Positions 10,293-20,022 of a stretch of DNA of 64,000 bases are shown here, piece by piece (position 1 is the stretch's first letter; every line of letters begins with the position of its first letter). The translations under genes were made by a program, and so were the position numbers. Source of the DNA: an uncultured bacterium (GTDB lineage: Bacteria; Patescibacteriota; Minisyncoccia; Phycocordibacterales; CAIZLB01); NCBI GenBank assembly GCA_903821355.1, contig CAIJKW010000018.1:1453-65452 (forward strand). Direction: 5' to 3'. Below the pieces are notes generated by a model. That model searched no databases. It was not told the DNA's origin and saw only the letters and a list, made by a program, of their open reading frames with translations.

Positions 10293-10367
10293 TGGTGCTC
10301 CCGGTAGGAATCGAACCTACATTTTAACTTCCGCAAAGTCATGTCCTATCCATTGAACGACGGGAGC
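10293..10367 (-). tRNA. tRNA-Arg(GCG)
   Basis: revcomp GCTCCCG TCGTTCAATGGATAGGAC A TGACT TTGCGGA AGTTA...GTAGG TTCGATT CCTAC CGGGAGC ACCA. Confidence 0.92.
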
Positions 10368-10442
10368 GTCTTTAAAGCCGTATACCGCAAACCTAACCCT
10401 TGTGAGTCATGGTGGCTTGATATAGAAAATACCACATAATCG

Positions 10443-10925
10443 TTAAAAACCCAAGCTTTCCAGTACCGCATGAGAAAAAGATTCATCCATCTCTTTTTCT
10501 AATAAATTATATAACAAGAAGTCTCTGACATCCTCCGTTTCCACTCCATCAAGTGGGATAATCAATAACGGAACCATTGTTTTTCTGGATTTTATAAAAA
10601 GTTGCGACATTCTGTCGTGCTCGCTATTATCTTGTACCCAAAAAGCCTCCAATGTTGCATATGGAAAAAGCTTGTTATTAATTCTCACCCCCATCTTGTT
10701 TAGTTCAAAGATAATAAGTTTGGGATGTCTGGAGCCAGCAATACTAAGGGTAACACCCATAACAACAAGTAATACCCCAAAGATATAATTACCAAAAATG
10801 ATTGATAGAAATGAAGCTGTGATGACTAAAATTCCAAGAGACCAATACCAGTCTTTACTTTTTTCACGATGCTCGTGCTCATAAGCTTCCCATGTTATTG
10901 ATTTTACTTGAGTATCTTCATTCAT
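10443..10925 (-). CDS. conserved membrane protein (DUF5673-like)
   Basis: ITWEAYEHEHREKSKDWYW, two TM helices, PH-like C-terminal domain. Confidence 0.7.
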   Translation of the reverse strand: MNEDTQVKSITWEAYEHEHREKSKDWYWSLGILVITASFLSIIFGNYIFGVLLVVMGVTLSIAGSRHPKLIIFELNKMGVRINNKLFPYATLEAFWVQDNSEHDRMSQLFIKSRKTMVPLLIIPLDGVETEDVRDFLLYNLLEKEMDESFSHAVLESLGF

Positions 10926-11022
10926 GTTTGTAATGATTATACCACAAATGTTTTAAATAAAAAGATTTGTAAACATAAAGTGTCATACTTGGAATTATAT
11001 TTCTATATGCTAATCTTTAACT

Positions 11023-11697
11023 ATGAAAACCGTACTTATTACCGGGGTCTCAAAAGGGATAGGGGAGGCTTTGTTTAGAAAATTTACCAAAGAGGGGTTT
11101 TGTGTCTTGGGAACGGTGTATTCTGGAGATTCGATAAATAGAGGAGGTGAATCGTTAATCTTTAAATTGGATCTCTCATCGCCAGAGAGTATTTCTAGTT
11201 GTACCAGTGAAATTATTGCTACTGGAAAGAAAATAGATATTTTGATTAACAACGCCGGTGTTCTTTTTGACGAAGATGAAACGAGCGTCGTTGTTGATAA
11301 GCTACGCAAAACACTGGAGATTAATTTAATTGGCCCAATAGATTTTACAGAAAGACTTATTTCTTCCATTAACCCAGGTGGACATATTGTTAATATTTCA
11401 TCTTCCGCCGGCTCACTTGAAAAAGCAACACACGCAGAGAGTCATCACCCTTATCATTACCCGAGCTACAAGATATCAAAAACAGCTTTAAATATGTACA
11501 CGTGCACTCTCGCACTTAGACTTAAGGATTCAGATATTACCGTATCCTCAGTTCATCCTGGTTGGGTAAAGACAGACATTGGGGGACAAGAAGCGGACAT
11601 TACTCCAGACCAAGCGGCAGAGGGTATATTTGATGTAGCTGTGTCTAGACCTGAAACTGGTAAATTTTGGTTTGGAAAGGAAAAATTACCTTGGTAG
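11023..11697 (+). CDS. short-chain dehydrogenase/reductase
   Basis: TGVSKGIG, NNAG, YKISK, HPGWVKTD. Confidence 0.93.
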   Translation: MKTVLITGVSKGIGEALFRKFTKEGFCVLGTVYSGDSINRGGESLIFKLDLSSPESISSCTSEIIATGKKIDILINNAGVLFDEDETSVVVDKLRKTLEINLIGPIDFTERLISSINPGGHIVNISSSAGSLEKATHAESHHPYHYPSYKISKTALNMYTCTLALRLKDSDITVSSVHPGWVKTDIGGQEADITPDQAAEGIFDVAVSRPETGKFWFGKEKLPW

Positions 11698-11765
11698 CAA
11701 AAAGAGCGACCTAGTCGCTCTTGCTTACTATTCTGCACTCTAGATGAAACTGTGTGATTGTATTG

Positions 11766-11852
11766 CGGAGGAGGTGAGATTCGAACTCACGGTCCCCGTA
11801 AAGAGACTCTTGTTTTCAAGACAAGTGCATTAGACCTCTCTGCCACTCCTCC
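11766..11852 (-). tRNA. tRNA-Ser(TGA)
   Basis: revcomp GGAGGAG TGGCAGAGAGGTCTAATGC A CTTGT CTTGAAA ACAAG, long variable arm, GTGAG TTCGAAT CTCAC CTCCTCC G. Confidence 0.93.
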
Positions 11853-11985
11853 GTGCTTGCTATACTATCAAAGATTAATAAAAAAACAATAGTGCTAATG
11901 TTACCTGACCATCGTCGAGCCATTTTTGTGACGCTGACACGGTATTGGCTACAAACCATTCTTTTTGCTAGACTATGATTAATAT

Positions 11986-12822
11986 ATGATAGAAAATAGT
12001 ACAGAAAGCAACAAAAGGGTCGTCGGCATAGATTTTGGTTCAAAAAGGATTGGTATTGCTGTGTCTGATGAATTAGGCTCATTAGCTTTTCCTCTTACAA
12101 CCGTCGTAGGCTTTGGCCACGATACAGAGAAAAAGGAATCAAAAAAAGAGCAGGCGGAACAAGAAATTATGGAAATTTTAAAAGACAAAGATGTCAAGAT
12201 CGTCATAATTGGACATTCCGTCAATTTAAAAGGTGAAGATAATGCCATAATGGAGGATGCTAAGTGTTTGGGTAATAAATTAGAATCGAACGGCTTTAAT
12301 GTCATTTATGAGCCGGAAATGTTTTCCACAGTCCAGGCCAGAAGGTTTCAAACTGAGAACAAGCAGGTTGATGCTTCAGCGGCGGCAATTATTTTACAAA
12401 GTTATTTAGATAGAGTTAAATTTAAAAACATGAATATACAAACAGAGTTAGACAACAATAAGGAAGCAGGTAATAAAGAAGCTGAGGTTGAAAAAAGTTA
12501 CATAACAATAGATGATTTTATAAAAGTTGAAATAAGGATAGGTCAAATTTTGAGTGCAGAAAGAATTGAAGGATCTGATAAGTTATTAAAACTAGCTGTT
12601 GATTTTGGCGAAGAGTCTCCAAGGCAGGTTCTTTCTGGAATTGCAAAGCTTGTCGAAATGGAGGAAATTGTTGGAAAAAAGTTTCCCTTCGTAACAAATC
12701 TTGCCCCAAGAAAAATGATGGGTATGGAAAGTCAGGCTATGATACTGGCCGGAAGTTTTGGTGATGATCTTGCTCTGTTAAATCCTAGCAAAGACTTACC
12801 TAATGGCACAAAACTAAAATAA
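11986..12822 (+). CDS. ruvX: RuvX/YqgF nuclease fused to Trbp111/CsaA/MetRS-C tRNA-binding OB domain
   Basis: GIDFGSKRIGIAVSD...EMFST...VDASAAAIILQSYLD, then ITIDDFIKVEIRIGQI...SDKLLKL...NLAPRKMMGMESQAMIL in frame. Confidence 0.88.
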   Translation: MIENSTESNKRVVGIDFGSKRIGIAVSDELGSLAFPLTTVVGFGHDTEKKESKKEQAEQEIMEILKDKDVKIVIIGHSVNLKGEDNAIMEDAKCLGNKLESNGFNVIYEPEMFSTVQARRFQTENKQVDASAAAIILQSYLDRVKFKNMNIQTELDNNKEAGNKEAEVEKSYITIDDFIKVEIRIGQILSAERIEGSDKLLKLAVDFGEESPRQVLSGIAKLVEMEEIVGKKFPFVTNLAPRKMMGMESQAMILAGSFGDDLALLNPSKDLPNGTKLK

Positions 12823-12883
12823 AAAGTTAAGTGGTGATAATTAATCATAACAAAACTATTTTGTTATGGTAGAATAGTTGTAC

Positions 12884-14008
12884 ATGTCGTACTTAGAGTT
12901 ATTTAATAAATATTTTCCAACACCACACTATTTGGAGATGTCTCATGCCGGAATAGACATCAGCTCTTCAGTAGTTCGTATGGCAGAAATAATAAGAACA
13001 TCTAAAGGTTTGAAGCTAAGGTCTCATGCAGAAGAAAAATTAGAATCTCCAATTCTACCAAATCAGTCTTTGTTATCTCATCAAAATTTGATAGAAGTTT
13101 TAAAAAAAATACAAAAAGATCACAAATTGAAGTTTGTAGAGGTCTCTATACCTGAAGAAAAAGCCTATTTGTTTACAATAGAAATATTGGATGGTTCTAA
13201 GGAGGAGATTAGAACTAGGGTTGAAATGCATATTGAGGAAAATGTGCCAATATCAATAGATGAGGCTGTTTTTGATTATCATAGAATAAAAAAGAACGAA
13301 AAGACCGGAATGCAATTTTTGGCCGTATCCGTTGTCCCATTGGCTGTTATAGAAGAATACATTGCGTTGTTTGAGTTGTGTAAAATGACCCCTATTTCTT
13401 TTTTAATAGAAAATCAAGCGCTATCTAGGGCTATAATCAAAAAAGACGATCGAGAAAACTATTTGATTGTAAATGTCAGTCACAAAAATACAGTTTTATC
13501 CATTGTTAATGATGGTGCCGTCCAATTCACATCAACAGTTTCAATTGGATCTGAAAACTTTACCAACGCGGTTGCAACTAAACTTTCTATCGATGAAAAA
13601 CAAGCTGAGTTTTTGAAGTACGACAAGGGTTTTTCTAGGAGCGATGATAACAAAGATGCATCTATCGCTTTAATTGAAACGGCAAATATTTTGGTTGAAG
13701 AAATTAAAAAAGTTTTCGTTTATTGGAATAGTATAAACAGTTTTAAGAACACAAAAACAGATTCATTAAATTTAACAGATGAGGCCGAAGCTTCTTTTGT
13801 TGGAGTCAAGAAGGTATTAATTGCAGGAAAAGAGGCTGGTATAATAGGTTTTAGGGATTTTTTGACAATATCTTTAAAAATACCCGTTGAAGTTGCAAAT
13901 GTTTGGATGAATATCATGTCTTTCGAAAATGAGATACCAGAGATTTCAATGAAAGAATCTCTAAGCTACGGCACTGCTTTTGGCCTAGCTTTATTAAAAG
14001 ACCAATAA
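12884..14008 (+). CDS. pilM: type IV pilus assembly protein PilM-like
   Basis: GIDISSSVVR actin-like N-terminus, VPISIDEAVFDY, AEFLKYDKG, YGTAFGLAL. Confidence 0.85.
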   Translation: MSYLELFNKYFPTPHYLEMSHAGIDISSSVVRMAEIIRTSKGLKLRSHAEEKLESPILPNQSLLSHQNLIEVLKKIQKDHKLKFVEVSIPEEKAYLFTIEILDGSKEEIRTRVEMHIEENVPISIDEAVFDYHRIKKNEKTGMQFLAVSVVPLAVIEEYIALFELCKMTPISFLIENQALSRAIIKKDDRENYLIVNVSHKNTVLSIVNDGAVQFTSTVSIGSENFTNAVATKLSIDEKQAEFLKYDKGFSRSDDNKDASIALIETANILVEEIKKVFVYWNSINSFKNTKTDSLNLTDEAEASFVGVKKVLIAGKEAGIIGFRDFLTISLKIPVEVANVWMNIMSFENEIPEISMKESLSYGTAFGLALLKDQ

Positions 14009-14012
14009 AACC

Positions 14013-14564
14013 ATGTTACATTTATTAAGCGATCAACAAAAAAATAAGGTAATCAAAGAGTATAGAATGAGGCTTGTTGTTGTTGTTTGTTGGTTGATTG
14101 TCTTTTTGTCTCTTGCGGGGGTTGCAATGCTTATTCCTAGTTATTTAACAGCAATCGGCAAGGTTAATTCGATCAAAAGCGAAAACCTTCAAAAAGAGAA
14201 TTCAATTCAGTCTCTAAATGCACAAAATTTTACAGAAAAAATAAAACAAGTTGATTCCGACTTAAATGCACTTAAGATTTCAGTGGTCATCTTATCGCCT
14301 AGAGAAGCTTACGATAAAATATTAAGCAGTCTTCCCGTTGGTGTTGTTGTTGGTAGATATACTTACAGCTTAATTGATAACAATATGGCTTCAATCAGTA
14401 TTGATGGAACGGCTCCTGACAGAGAAAAATTAGTAGAATTGCAAAATCAATTAAAGTTAAATCAAGAATTTACCGGAATTGATATTCCAATTACAAATTT
14501 TGCAAAGAAAAAAGATTTGACTTTTTCTCTAAAATTTAATTTAACTAAAATTACTAAAAAATAA
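14013..14564 (+). CDS. pilN: PilN-like protein
   Basis: MLHLL start, single TM, coiled coil, ISIDGTAPDRE; synteny after pilM. Confidence 0.7.
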   Translation: MLHLLSDQQKNKVIKEYRMRLVVVVCWLIVFLSLAGVAMLIPSYLTAIGKVNSIKSENLQKENSIQSLNAQNFTEKIKQVDSDLNALKISVVILSPREAYDKILSSLPVGVVVGRYTYSLIDNNMASISIDGTAPDREKLVELQNQLKLNQEFTGIDIPITNFAKKKDLTFSLKFNLTKITKK

Positions 14565-14566
14565 TT

Positions 14567-15136
14567 ATGTTAAAAAGTACTATTTATACATTAGTTATAG
14601 CGATACTTTTAGCAATAACCTCAATTGCCGGGTATCTTTATTCTGTTATGTATGTTGGAAGTATGGGTAGTGATTTGGGTGACATGTACAGAAAATCTAA
14701 TGATTTAAGTAAAGAAGAGGACAGGCTTAATTCGATAAAAAGAGTCGCTCAAAACGCAGGCCAGAGAAACGCTGAACTTTCAAAGTATATAGTACCGATA
14801 GAGAATGAGGGCTCCATTGAGTTTGTGAAGACAATAGAAAATACAGCAGATAAATATGGACTTAGTTCAAATACAAATTCGATAGAAATAGTTTCCGATG
14901 ATAATTTGTCAAAAATTAATAAGGAATATCTTAGTGTTAAAATGACCATTTCTGGCTCTGATATCTCAATTGCAAATTTTGTAAAAAAGATTGAATCTAT
15001 TCCTTTTAATATTAAAATCACAAGTTACTCTTTAACAAACCTTGGTGGTGGGTCGATTGGTTCTTTAGCAAAAAATAAAAATACATTTAATAATCAACAG
15101 TTAGATTTCGGAATAATGGTTATTAAAGAAAAATAA
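14567..15136 (+). CDS. pilO: PilO-like protein
   Basis: TM + coiled coil + ISGSDISIANFVKKIESIP; synteny. Confidence 0.65.
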   Translation: MLKSTIYTLVIAILLAITSIAGYLYSVMYVGSMGSDLGDMYRKSNDLSKEEDRLNSIKRVAQNAGQRNAELSKYIVPIENEGSIEFVKTIENTADKYGLSSNTNSIEIVSDDNLSKINKEYLSVKMTISGSDISIANFVKKIESIPFNIKITSYSLTNLGGGSIGSLAKNKNTFNNQQLDFGIMVIKEK

Positions 15137-15137
15137 T

Positions 15138-15419
15138 ATGAAAATAGAACTAGGACAATTTGGAGACAAATTTAAAAAAGTTTATGTTTTGGGTAGTAGG
15201 CCAATTCAAGACTGGCCTAGGATAATATGCGTATGGTTTTCCATTATGCTAGGAGTTTTTATTTGGAGTTACTTCTTTTATTTTTCTGTGCAGGCGGAGT
15301 TTAAATCAGATTTTAGTACAAACTCGGAAGTGGCGCCGGTTAAAGATAAAGAATCGGAAATCAAAGATGTGGTAGATAAGTACCAAGCAAAAGAAGTGGA
15401 TTTCAATACGGGGAATTAA
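15138..15419 (+). CDS. small single-TM protein at end of pil operon
   Basis: 93 aa; starts 1 nt after the pilO stop. Confidence 0.65.
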   Translation: MKIELGQFGDKFKKVYVLGSRPIQDWPRIICVWFSIMLGVFIWSYFFYFSVQAEFKSDFSTNSEVAPVKDKESEIKDVVDKYQAKEVDFNTGN

Positions 15420-15469
15420 AAAAGAAGGGGGCTAGTAAAATCTATAAATATCTGCTATCGTATTGTCAC

Positions 15470-15541
15470 GCTCTCGTAGTTCAATGGATAGAACTGCGGA
15501 CTTCTAAGCCGTTAATGTAGGTTCGATTCCTACCGAGAGCA
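15470..15541 (+). tRNA. tRNA-Arg(TCT)
   Basis: GCTCTCG TAGTTCAATGGATAGAAC T GCGGA CTTCTAA GCCGT...GTAGG TTCGATT CCTAC CGAGAGC A. Confidence 0.92.
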
Positions 15542-15545
15542 CAAG

Positions 15546-15577
15546 AATTAAAACGCCCTTCTGGGCGTTTTAATTTT
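15546..15577 (+). terminator. terminator after tRNA-Arg
   Basis: aattaaaacgccc-ttct-gggcgttttaatt. Confidence 0.7.
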
Positions 15578-15692
15578 GGGCGCGAGAGCAAGCCAATTGA
15601 TTGGCTTGCGTGTGAAAATCAAGATATTCTTGATTTAAAAGAAATAAAGAGTAATATCTTGATTGGGCGGATTGGCTTAATCGCTAATCCAA

Positions 15693-16603
15693 ATGGACAA
15701 ACACAAACTCGCAAAAAATATGCAAATGATGTCAGATGTTTATAAAGCGTGGGAGCTCAAGTTCAAGGGGTTGCCTGTTCCGCTGGAGACTGTGACGGTT
15801 AAGGGTCCGGGGAATGTTTGTTGGCAGTATGCTTTTGGTCAGGACTGCGAGAAGCTTGTTTGTTCAAGAGATTCTTCAGGTCATGTCAGAAAAGTTCGGA
15901 ACGAAGAGATCCTCTACCCAAGCTCGATTCATGGCAGGGCCAAAGAGCTGAGGGATATTGACGCCCTCAGTGAATATGGTTTTAACAATAAGGGTCCAGC
16001 AGACCATGTTGCCGTTGGCAAGAACGGTTCCCCAGATGTTCACAAGATCTTTGCCTTCAGTCACAGAAGATTTTCCAAATCAAAATATTCCAGAAATATC
16101 ATCAAGACGGCTGCGGAGGATCTAACGACCCTAATGCTCGCCAAGTGCATGGTTCTTCCCAAGAGTAAAAAAAATCTTCGTCAGAGCAAATGGATTTCTG
16201 GCCAAGGCTTTCAAAATACGATGGGGTGGGAATTTGCGCCGACGTTTTGTTGGATGAGGAAAGTCGGAAGTGTTACATTGATGTGGACTCAACGGTTTTG
16301 TTGGCAGTCGACGCTTTACTGATTAAGGAGCGAGACGACAAAAACGCCTTCAGTTTGATGAAGATTAATTGTGAGTTAAAAGATGGAAAAAGTGCCTTAC
16401 CCGCCCCTAAACCATCTTTACTCGTCGTCGATATAAGACGGGGAGGATTTACAAGATATCAGACGCTGACAGGCAGGAGTTTTTTGGAGACCGTGGAGGA
16501 CCACTTTTTGAGGGAATTTTCAGGATGTTGGACAACTTGGAATATGGAGGGAGAATTGAAGTTGAGGAGTCAGAGAAAAAAATCCAAGGAAAGTATTTCT
16601 TGA
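15693..16603 (+). pseudogene. hypothetical gene split by a frameshift at an A8 tract
   Basis: ORFs 15693-16322 and 16190-16603 join if A8 at 16167-16174 becomes A9. Confidence 0.5.
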
Positions 16604-16845
16604 TGACTACAAAAATGGAAACTCACTCGCATAGAAAAGCTTGTTCCACAGACTTATGTTTGAGGGATGTATCCATGGTTGCATCCCTGCTGGACAGTTC
16701 CTTGTCGTCTCTGGTTGGTGTAGCAATACATGTCAACCTGTCAGGCCTAACTTCTTTTGAGGGGGTAGAACTCCTATCAGTTGTGTGGCGTCCGCAAGGT
16801 TCTTTTGCAGCCGAGGATTGTCCTCTGTGCAAACTCAAACCTTAG
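16603..16845 (+). CDS. small protein resembling the C-terminal part of orotate phosphoribosyltransferase (fragment)
   Basis: TGATG overlap with the upstream stop; LVGVAIHVNLSG...ELLSVV...EDCPLCK resembles a PyrE C-terminus. Confidence 0.4.
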   Translation: MTTKMETHSHRKACSTDLCLRDVSMVASLLDSSLSSLVGVAIHVNLSGLTSFEGVELLSVVWRPQGSFAAEDCPLCKLKP

Positions 16846-16874
16846 CGGCAAAACGTTTTTAAACTAAACAACGT

Positions 16875-16906
16875 GAAAACCCGCTCGGCATCGCCGAGCG
16901 GGTTTC
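16875..16906. terminator. terminator hairpin
   Basis: aaacccgctcggc-atc-gccgagcgggttt between convergent units. Confidence 0.75.
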
Positions 16907-16914
16907 TCTGTGTT

Positions 16915-16990
16915 TGGTGGGCGATAAGGGACTCGAACCCCTGACCTTCTCAGTGTAAATGAGTTGCTCTACCAACTGAGCTAATCGCCC
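16915..16990 (-). tRNA. tRNA-Val(TAC)
   Basis: revcomp GGGCGAT TAGCTCAGTTGGTAGAGC A ACTCA TTTACAC TGAGA...AGGGG TTCGAGT CCCTT ATCGCCC ACCA. Confidence 0.94.
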
Positions 16991-17041
16991 TCATTTGCTC
17001 CAATAATATATACTATAATTGAAATAATATCAATATCAGGT

Positions 17042-17881
17042 ATGATGACGATAATGTTATCCATAATATATCAAGATAATGACGTACTGGTCATAAATAA
17101 GCCTGCTGGAATTATTGTGCACGGCGATGGTAAGACCCAAGAAAAAACCTTGGCGGATCTTGTTGCTGATGAATTTCCGAGTGTTATAAACGTAGGTGAA
17201 CCAATGGTAATTTCACATGGTCCAAATAAGGAACCTACAGTTCTCCCAAGGCCGGGTATAGTTCATAGGCTAGACAAAGAGACATCTGGAGTCATGATCG
17301 TGGCCAAGACTCAAGCCGCGCATGCAATTCTTAAAAAGCAGTTTCAAGATCATACAATAAAAAAGACTTACAATACTTTTGTTTGGGGGCTCGTAAAAGA
17401 AGATGAGGGGATAATTGACAGGTTCATAGGGAGAAGTAAAGGAGACTTCAGAAAATGGAGCGCCCAACGTTTTGCACGAGGTGATCTTCGTCATGCTATA
17501 ACTGAATACAAGGTCGTCACCAGATTTGAAGGAGATCCTGTTATGAATAGGGGAAGTATTATGGTTGGAAAGGGTAATTCAAAAATTCCGCTAGCTTTTA
17601 CTTTGCTAGATGTGTATCCCTTGACCGGAAGAACCCATCAGATAAGAGTGCATTTTAAGGCTATAAATCATCCTTTGGTAGGTGACAGCCTCTATGCGGA
17701 GAATCACCCATTCGCATTGGGGTTCTCTCGCCTGGCGCTTCACGCACGAAAGATTAAGCTGGTTTTGCCTTCCGATGCAATTATTGACGATGAAGGTGGG
17801 GTAAGCGGTAAAATAAGCGAATTTGAGGCGGAGCTACCAGCCGATTTTAAGTTGGCTACAGATAAGGTGGTCTTAAAATAG
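17042..17881 (+). CDS. RluA/RluD-family pseudouridine synthase (no S4 domain)
   Basis: INKPAG, GIVHRLDKETSG, TGRTHQIRVH, GDSLY, LHA. Confidence 0.93.
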   Translation: MMTIMLSIIYQDNDVLVINKPAGIIVHGDGKTQEKTLADLVADEFPSVINVGEPMVISHGPNKEPTVLPRPGIVHRLDKETSGVMIVAKTQAAHAILKKQFQDHTIKKTYNTFVWGLVKEDEGIIDRFIGRSKGDFRKWSAQRFARGDLRHAITEYKVVTRFEGDPVMNRGSIMVGKGNSKIPLAFTLLDVYPLTGRTHQIRVHFKAINHPLVGDSLYAENHPFALGFSRLALHARKIKLVLPSDAIIDDEGGVSGKISEFEAELPADFKLATDKVVLK

Positions 17882-17954
17882 GGATAATTGCAAAATGACA
17901 ACATAAGGTCGTGTTGATTTGCAAAAAGCCTGCATCTCTGCTATATTGCTCCCT

Positions 17955-18473
17955 ATGACAGCAGCTAAAAAAACAGCAACAAAGACTCCCGTGGTGGCTA
18001 AAACAGATGCTACTAGAAAGGATTTTGATATGCGCGTAGGGGATACCGTTAAGGTATACCAAAAAATTCAAGAAAAGGGTAAGACTCGTCTTCAGGTTTT
18101 TGAAGGTCTTGTTCTTGCAAGAAAACACGGAAGTGAAGCTGGCGGTACTTTTACCGTTAGAAAAGTTTCTGGCGGATATGGAGTAGAAAGAATCTTTCCA
18201 TTGTTTTCACCCAATATTGATAAAATAGAAGTTACAAAACGTGCCAAAGTTCGTCGTGCTAAACTTTATTATATTAGAGACAAGGCAGCTAAGGAAATAA
18301 GTAAGAGAATGAAAATGGAAATGACAAAGCGTGATTCATCTCATCTAACAAAGGCAGAGGCGGCAAGACTAGAGGCAGAAGAAGCTGCGGCTGAAGCAGC
18401 AAACGCAGTAGCTGAGCCAGAGGTTGTAGCCGAGGTTGCAACTCCGGAGGTTGTGGAAACTGCAACTGAATAA
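17955..18473 (+). CDS. rplS: 50S ribosomal protein L19 with acidic C-terminal tail
   Basis: [23 protein letters not shown]...TFTVRK...[10 protein letters not shown]. Confidence 0.96.
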   Translation: MTAAKKTATKTPVVAKTDATRKDFDMRVGDTVKVYQKIQEKGKTRLQVFEGLVLARKHGSEAGGTFTVRKVSGGYGVERIFPLFSPNIDKIEVTKRAKVRRAKLYYIRDKAAKEISKRMKMEMTKRDSSHLTKAEAARLEAEEAAAEAANAVAEPEVVAEVATPEVVETATE

Positions 18474-18495
18474 ACTATTTCAAATAAGATATCAA

Positions 18496-18527
18496 AAAAC
18501 AAGACCAGCAAAAGCTGGTCTTGTTTT
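18496..18527 (+). terminator. intrinsic terminator
   Basis: aaaacaagaccagc-aaaa-gctggtcttgtttt. Confidence 0.8.
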
Positions 18528-18557
18528 GTATGCACCTTTTGTGCATAATATGTTTAA

Positions 18558-18641
18558 GCGCGAGTGTTGAAACTGGTAGACAAGCACCCTTGAGGTGGGT
18601 GTGCCCGTAAGGGTGTGGAGGTTCAAGTCCTCTCTCGCGCA
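18558..18641 (+). tRNA. tRNA-Leu(GAG)
   Basis: GCGCGAG TGTTGAAACTGGTAGACAA G CACCC TTGAGGT GGGTG, long variable arm, GGAGG TTCAAGT CCTCT CTCGCGC A. Confidence 0.93.
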
Positions 18642-18669
18642 CATTAAAAAGTATTGCCTGTCGATATTC

Positions 18670-19983
18670 CTATTTAATCTTTCCCTTGAATTCTTCTGGA
18701 ATAGTTAGTTCTGTAAAAGCGTCTTCCTTCTTAAAATGCAAAGATAGGTGTTTTACAGCTTTGTTGTAATCAGCCTTAGATATACCATTCAAATAGTCAT
18801 TTAATTTTTCAATTTCTCTACCAGAAGCGATTTGTCTTTCCGCCGACTCTGCTATGCTGCCACTCAAATATTCGCTCGCTAATATTTTGTCAATTTCTAC
18901 AACCCTCTCTCTTTCTGTATCCTCTTTGTATTCTCCCTTTATAAATCGATCAATTGTATCCCATATAATTTCCTCTGCCTCTTTTACATTTTCAGGCGCA
19001 ACTTTCACCCAAATATTTTGAGAGATAAATTTTGGATTTTGATTAAAACTTACTCCAACGCCATAGCACCAACTATTATCGTGACGCAATCTTCTAAATA
19101 ATATTTCCCGCAATGTGCTTTCTATCAAACCTAGCGTGTATCTATCAGTCCTTTTACGCTCAAGAAGTCTGTCTATTTCAAGGACCGCTTGTTTTGTCTC
19201 TGTTCTACCAATTTCTGTATAACTTTTTACCCACCTCCTTTCTTTTGGCAAGTTTATTTTTGAAGGTATTTTCAAGGGCTTACGTTTCTTTCCACCAGGA
19301 ACTTTGTCAATTATTTTCTTGATTTCTTTAATGATTGAATCATTGACTACTCCTGCCAAGACAATGCTGGAGTTTTCACGAACATAGTTTTTATGTGCGC
19401 TAAGAATATCTTTTTTTGTGATATTTGCTACAGTATCAATCCATCCAAGTGGGGAACTCATTCTGACTCTTTCGGGAATATCTTGGTAAACATTTTCATT
19501 CCACTTTTTCATGTAGGCGATGTGTTTTTCGTTTAACAGAAAACCCCAACCTTCTTGGGTTATGACCTTTCTTTCATGTTCGATATCTTCCGGCTTTATT
19601 AGTGGTTTAAATATTAGATTGTATATTCCATCCAGTGCAGGATGTGCTTTTTGTGGTAAAAACTTGCAAACAAAGCATGTGTCTGTAAAGCGGGTGTGAG
19701 CGTTTAAGGAATCAAGCAAGTATTCTTTTGAGAATAGGTCTATTGATTTTTTATCTGGATAAAGAGGGTTTCCGTCAAAAGTCATGTGTTCTAGAAAGTG
19801 TGCCGTACCTTCTTTTCCTGCTTTGTCATCTTGGGCACCATTATTTATTATCCATTTTAGAAACGTGCAATTAGCCCAAGGCAGTGGTTTGGTATAGATA
19901 TTAACCCCTTTGTATGTTTGTTTTTTAAAATCATAAGGGTCAAAGTGAAGTTTGGGGAGATTTATTTTGTTCTTTTTGCTCAT
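18670..19983 (-). CDS. M16-family zinc metallopeptidase
   Basis: GTAHFLEHM (HxxEH), LNAHT, ERKVITQE, RLRHDNSWCYGV. Confidence 0.9.
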   Translation of the reverse strand: MSKKNKINLPKLHFDPYDFKKQTYKGVNIYTKPLPWANCTFLKWIINNGAQDDKAGKEGTAHFLEHMTFDGNPLYPDKKSIDLFSKEYLLDSLNAHTRFTDTCFVCKFLPQKAHPALDGIYNLIFKPLIKPEDIEHERKVITQEGWGFLLNEKHIAYMKKWNENVYQDIPERVRMSSPLGWIDTVANITKKDILSAHKNYVRENSSIVLAGVVNDSIIKEIKKIIDKVPGGKKRKPLKIPSKINLPKERRWVKSYTEIGRTETKQAVLEIDRLLERKRTDRYTLGLIESTLREILFRRLRHDNSWCYGVGVSFNQNPKFISQNIWVKVAPENVKEAEEIIWDTIDRFIKGEYKEDTERERVVEIDKILASEYLSGSIAESAERQIASGREIEKLNDYLNGISKADYNKAVKHLSLHFKKEDAFTELTIPEEFKGKIK

Positions 19984-20022
19984 GGTTGATATGATATCAT
20001 TATATCGATTTATTAAAAGAGA

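Noticed and set aside
11766-11852. Selenocysteine or opal-suppressor tRNA
   Set aside because: Anticodon TGA reads UCA (Ser); Sec would need anticodon TCA.
15470-16990. Integrative element or prophage at the tRNAs
   Set aside because: No integrase or phage genes; only an 8-bp echo (cgagagca) of the tRNA 3' end, too short to call an att site.
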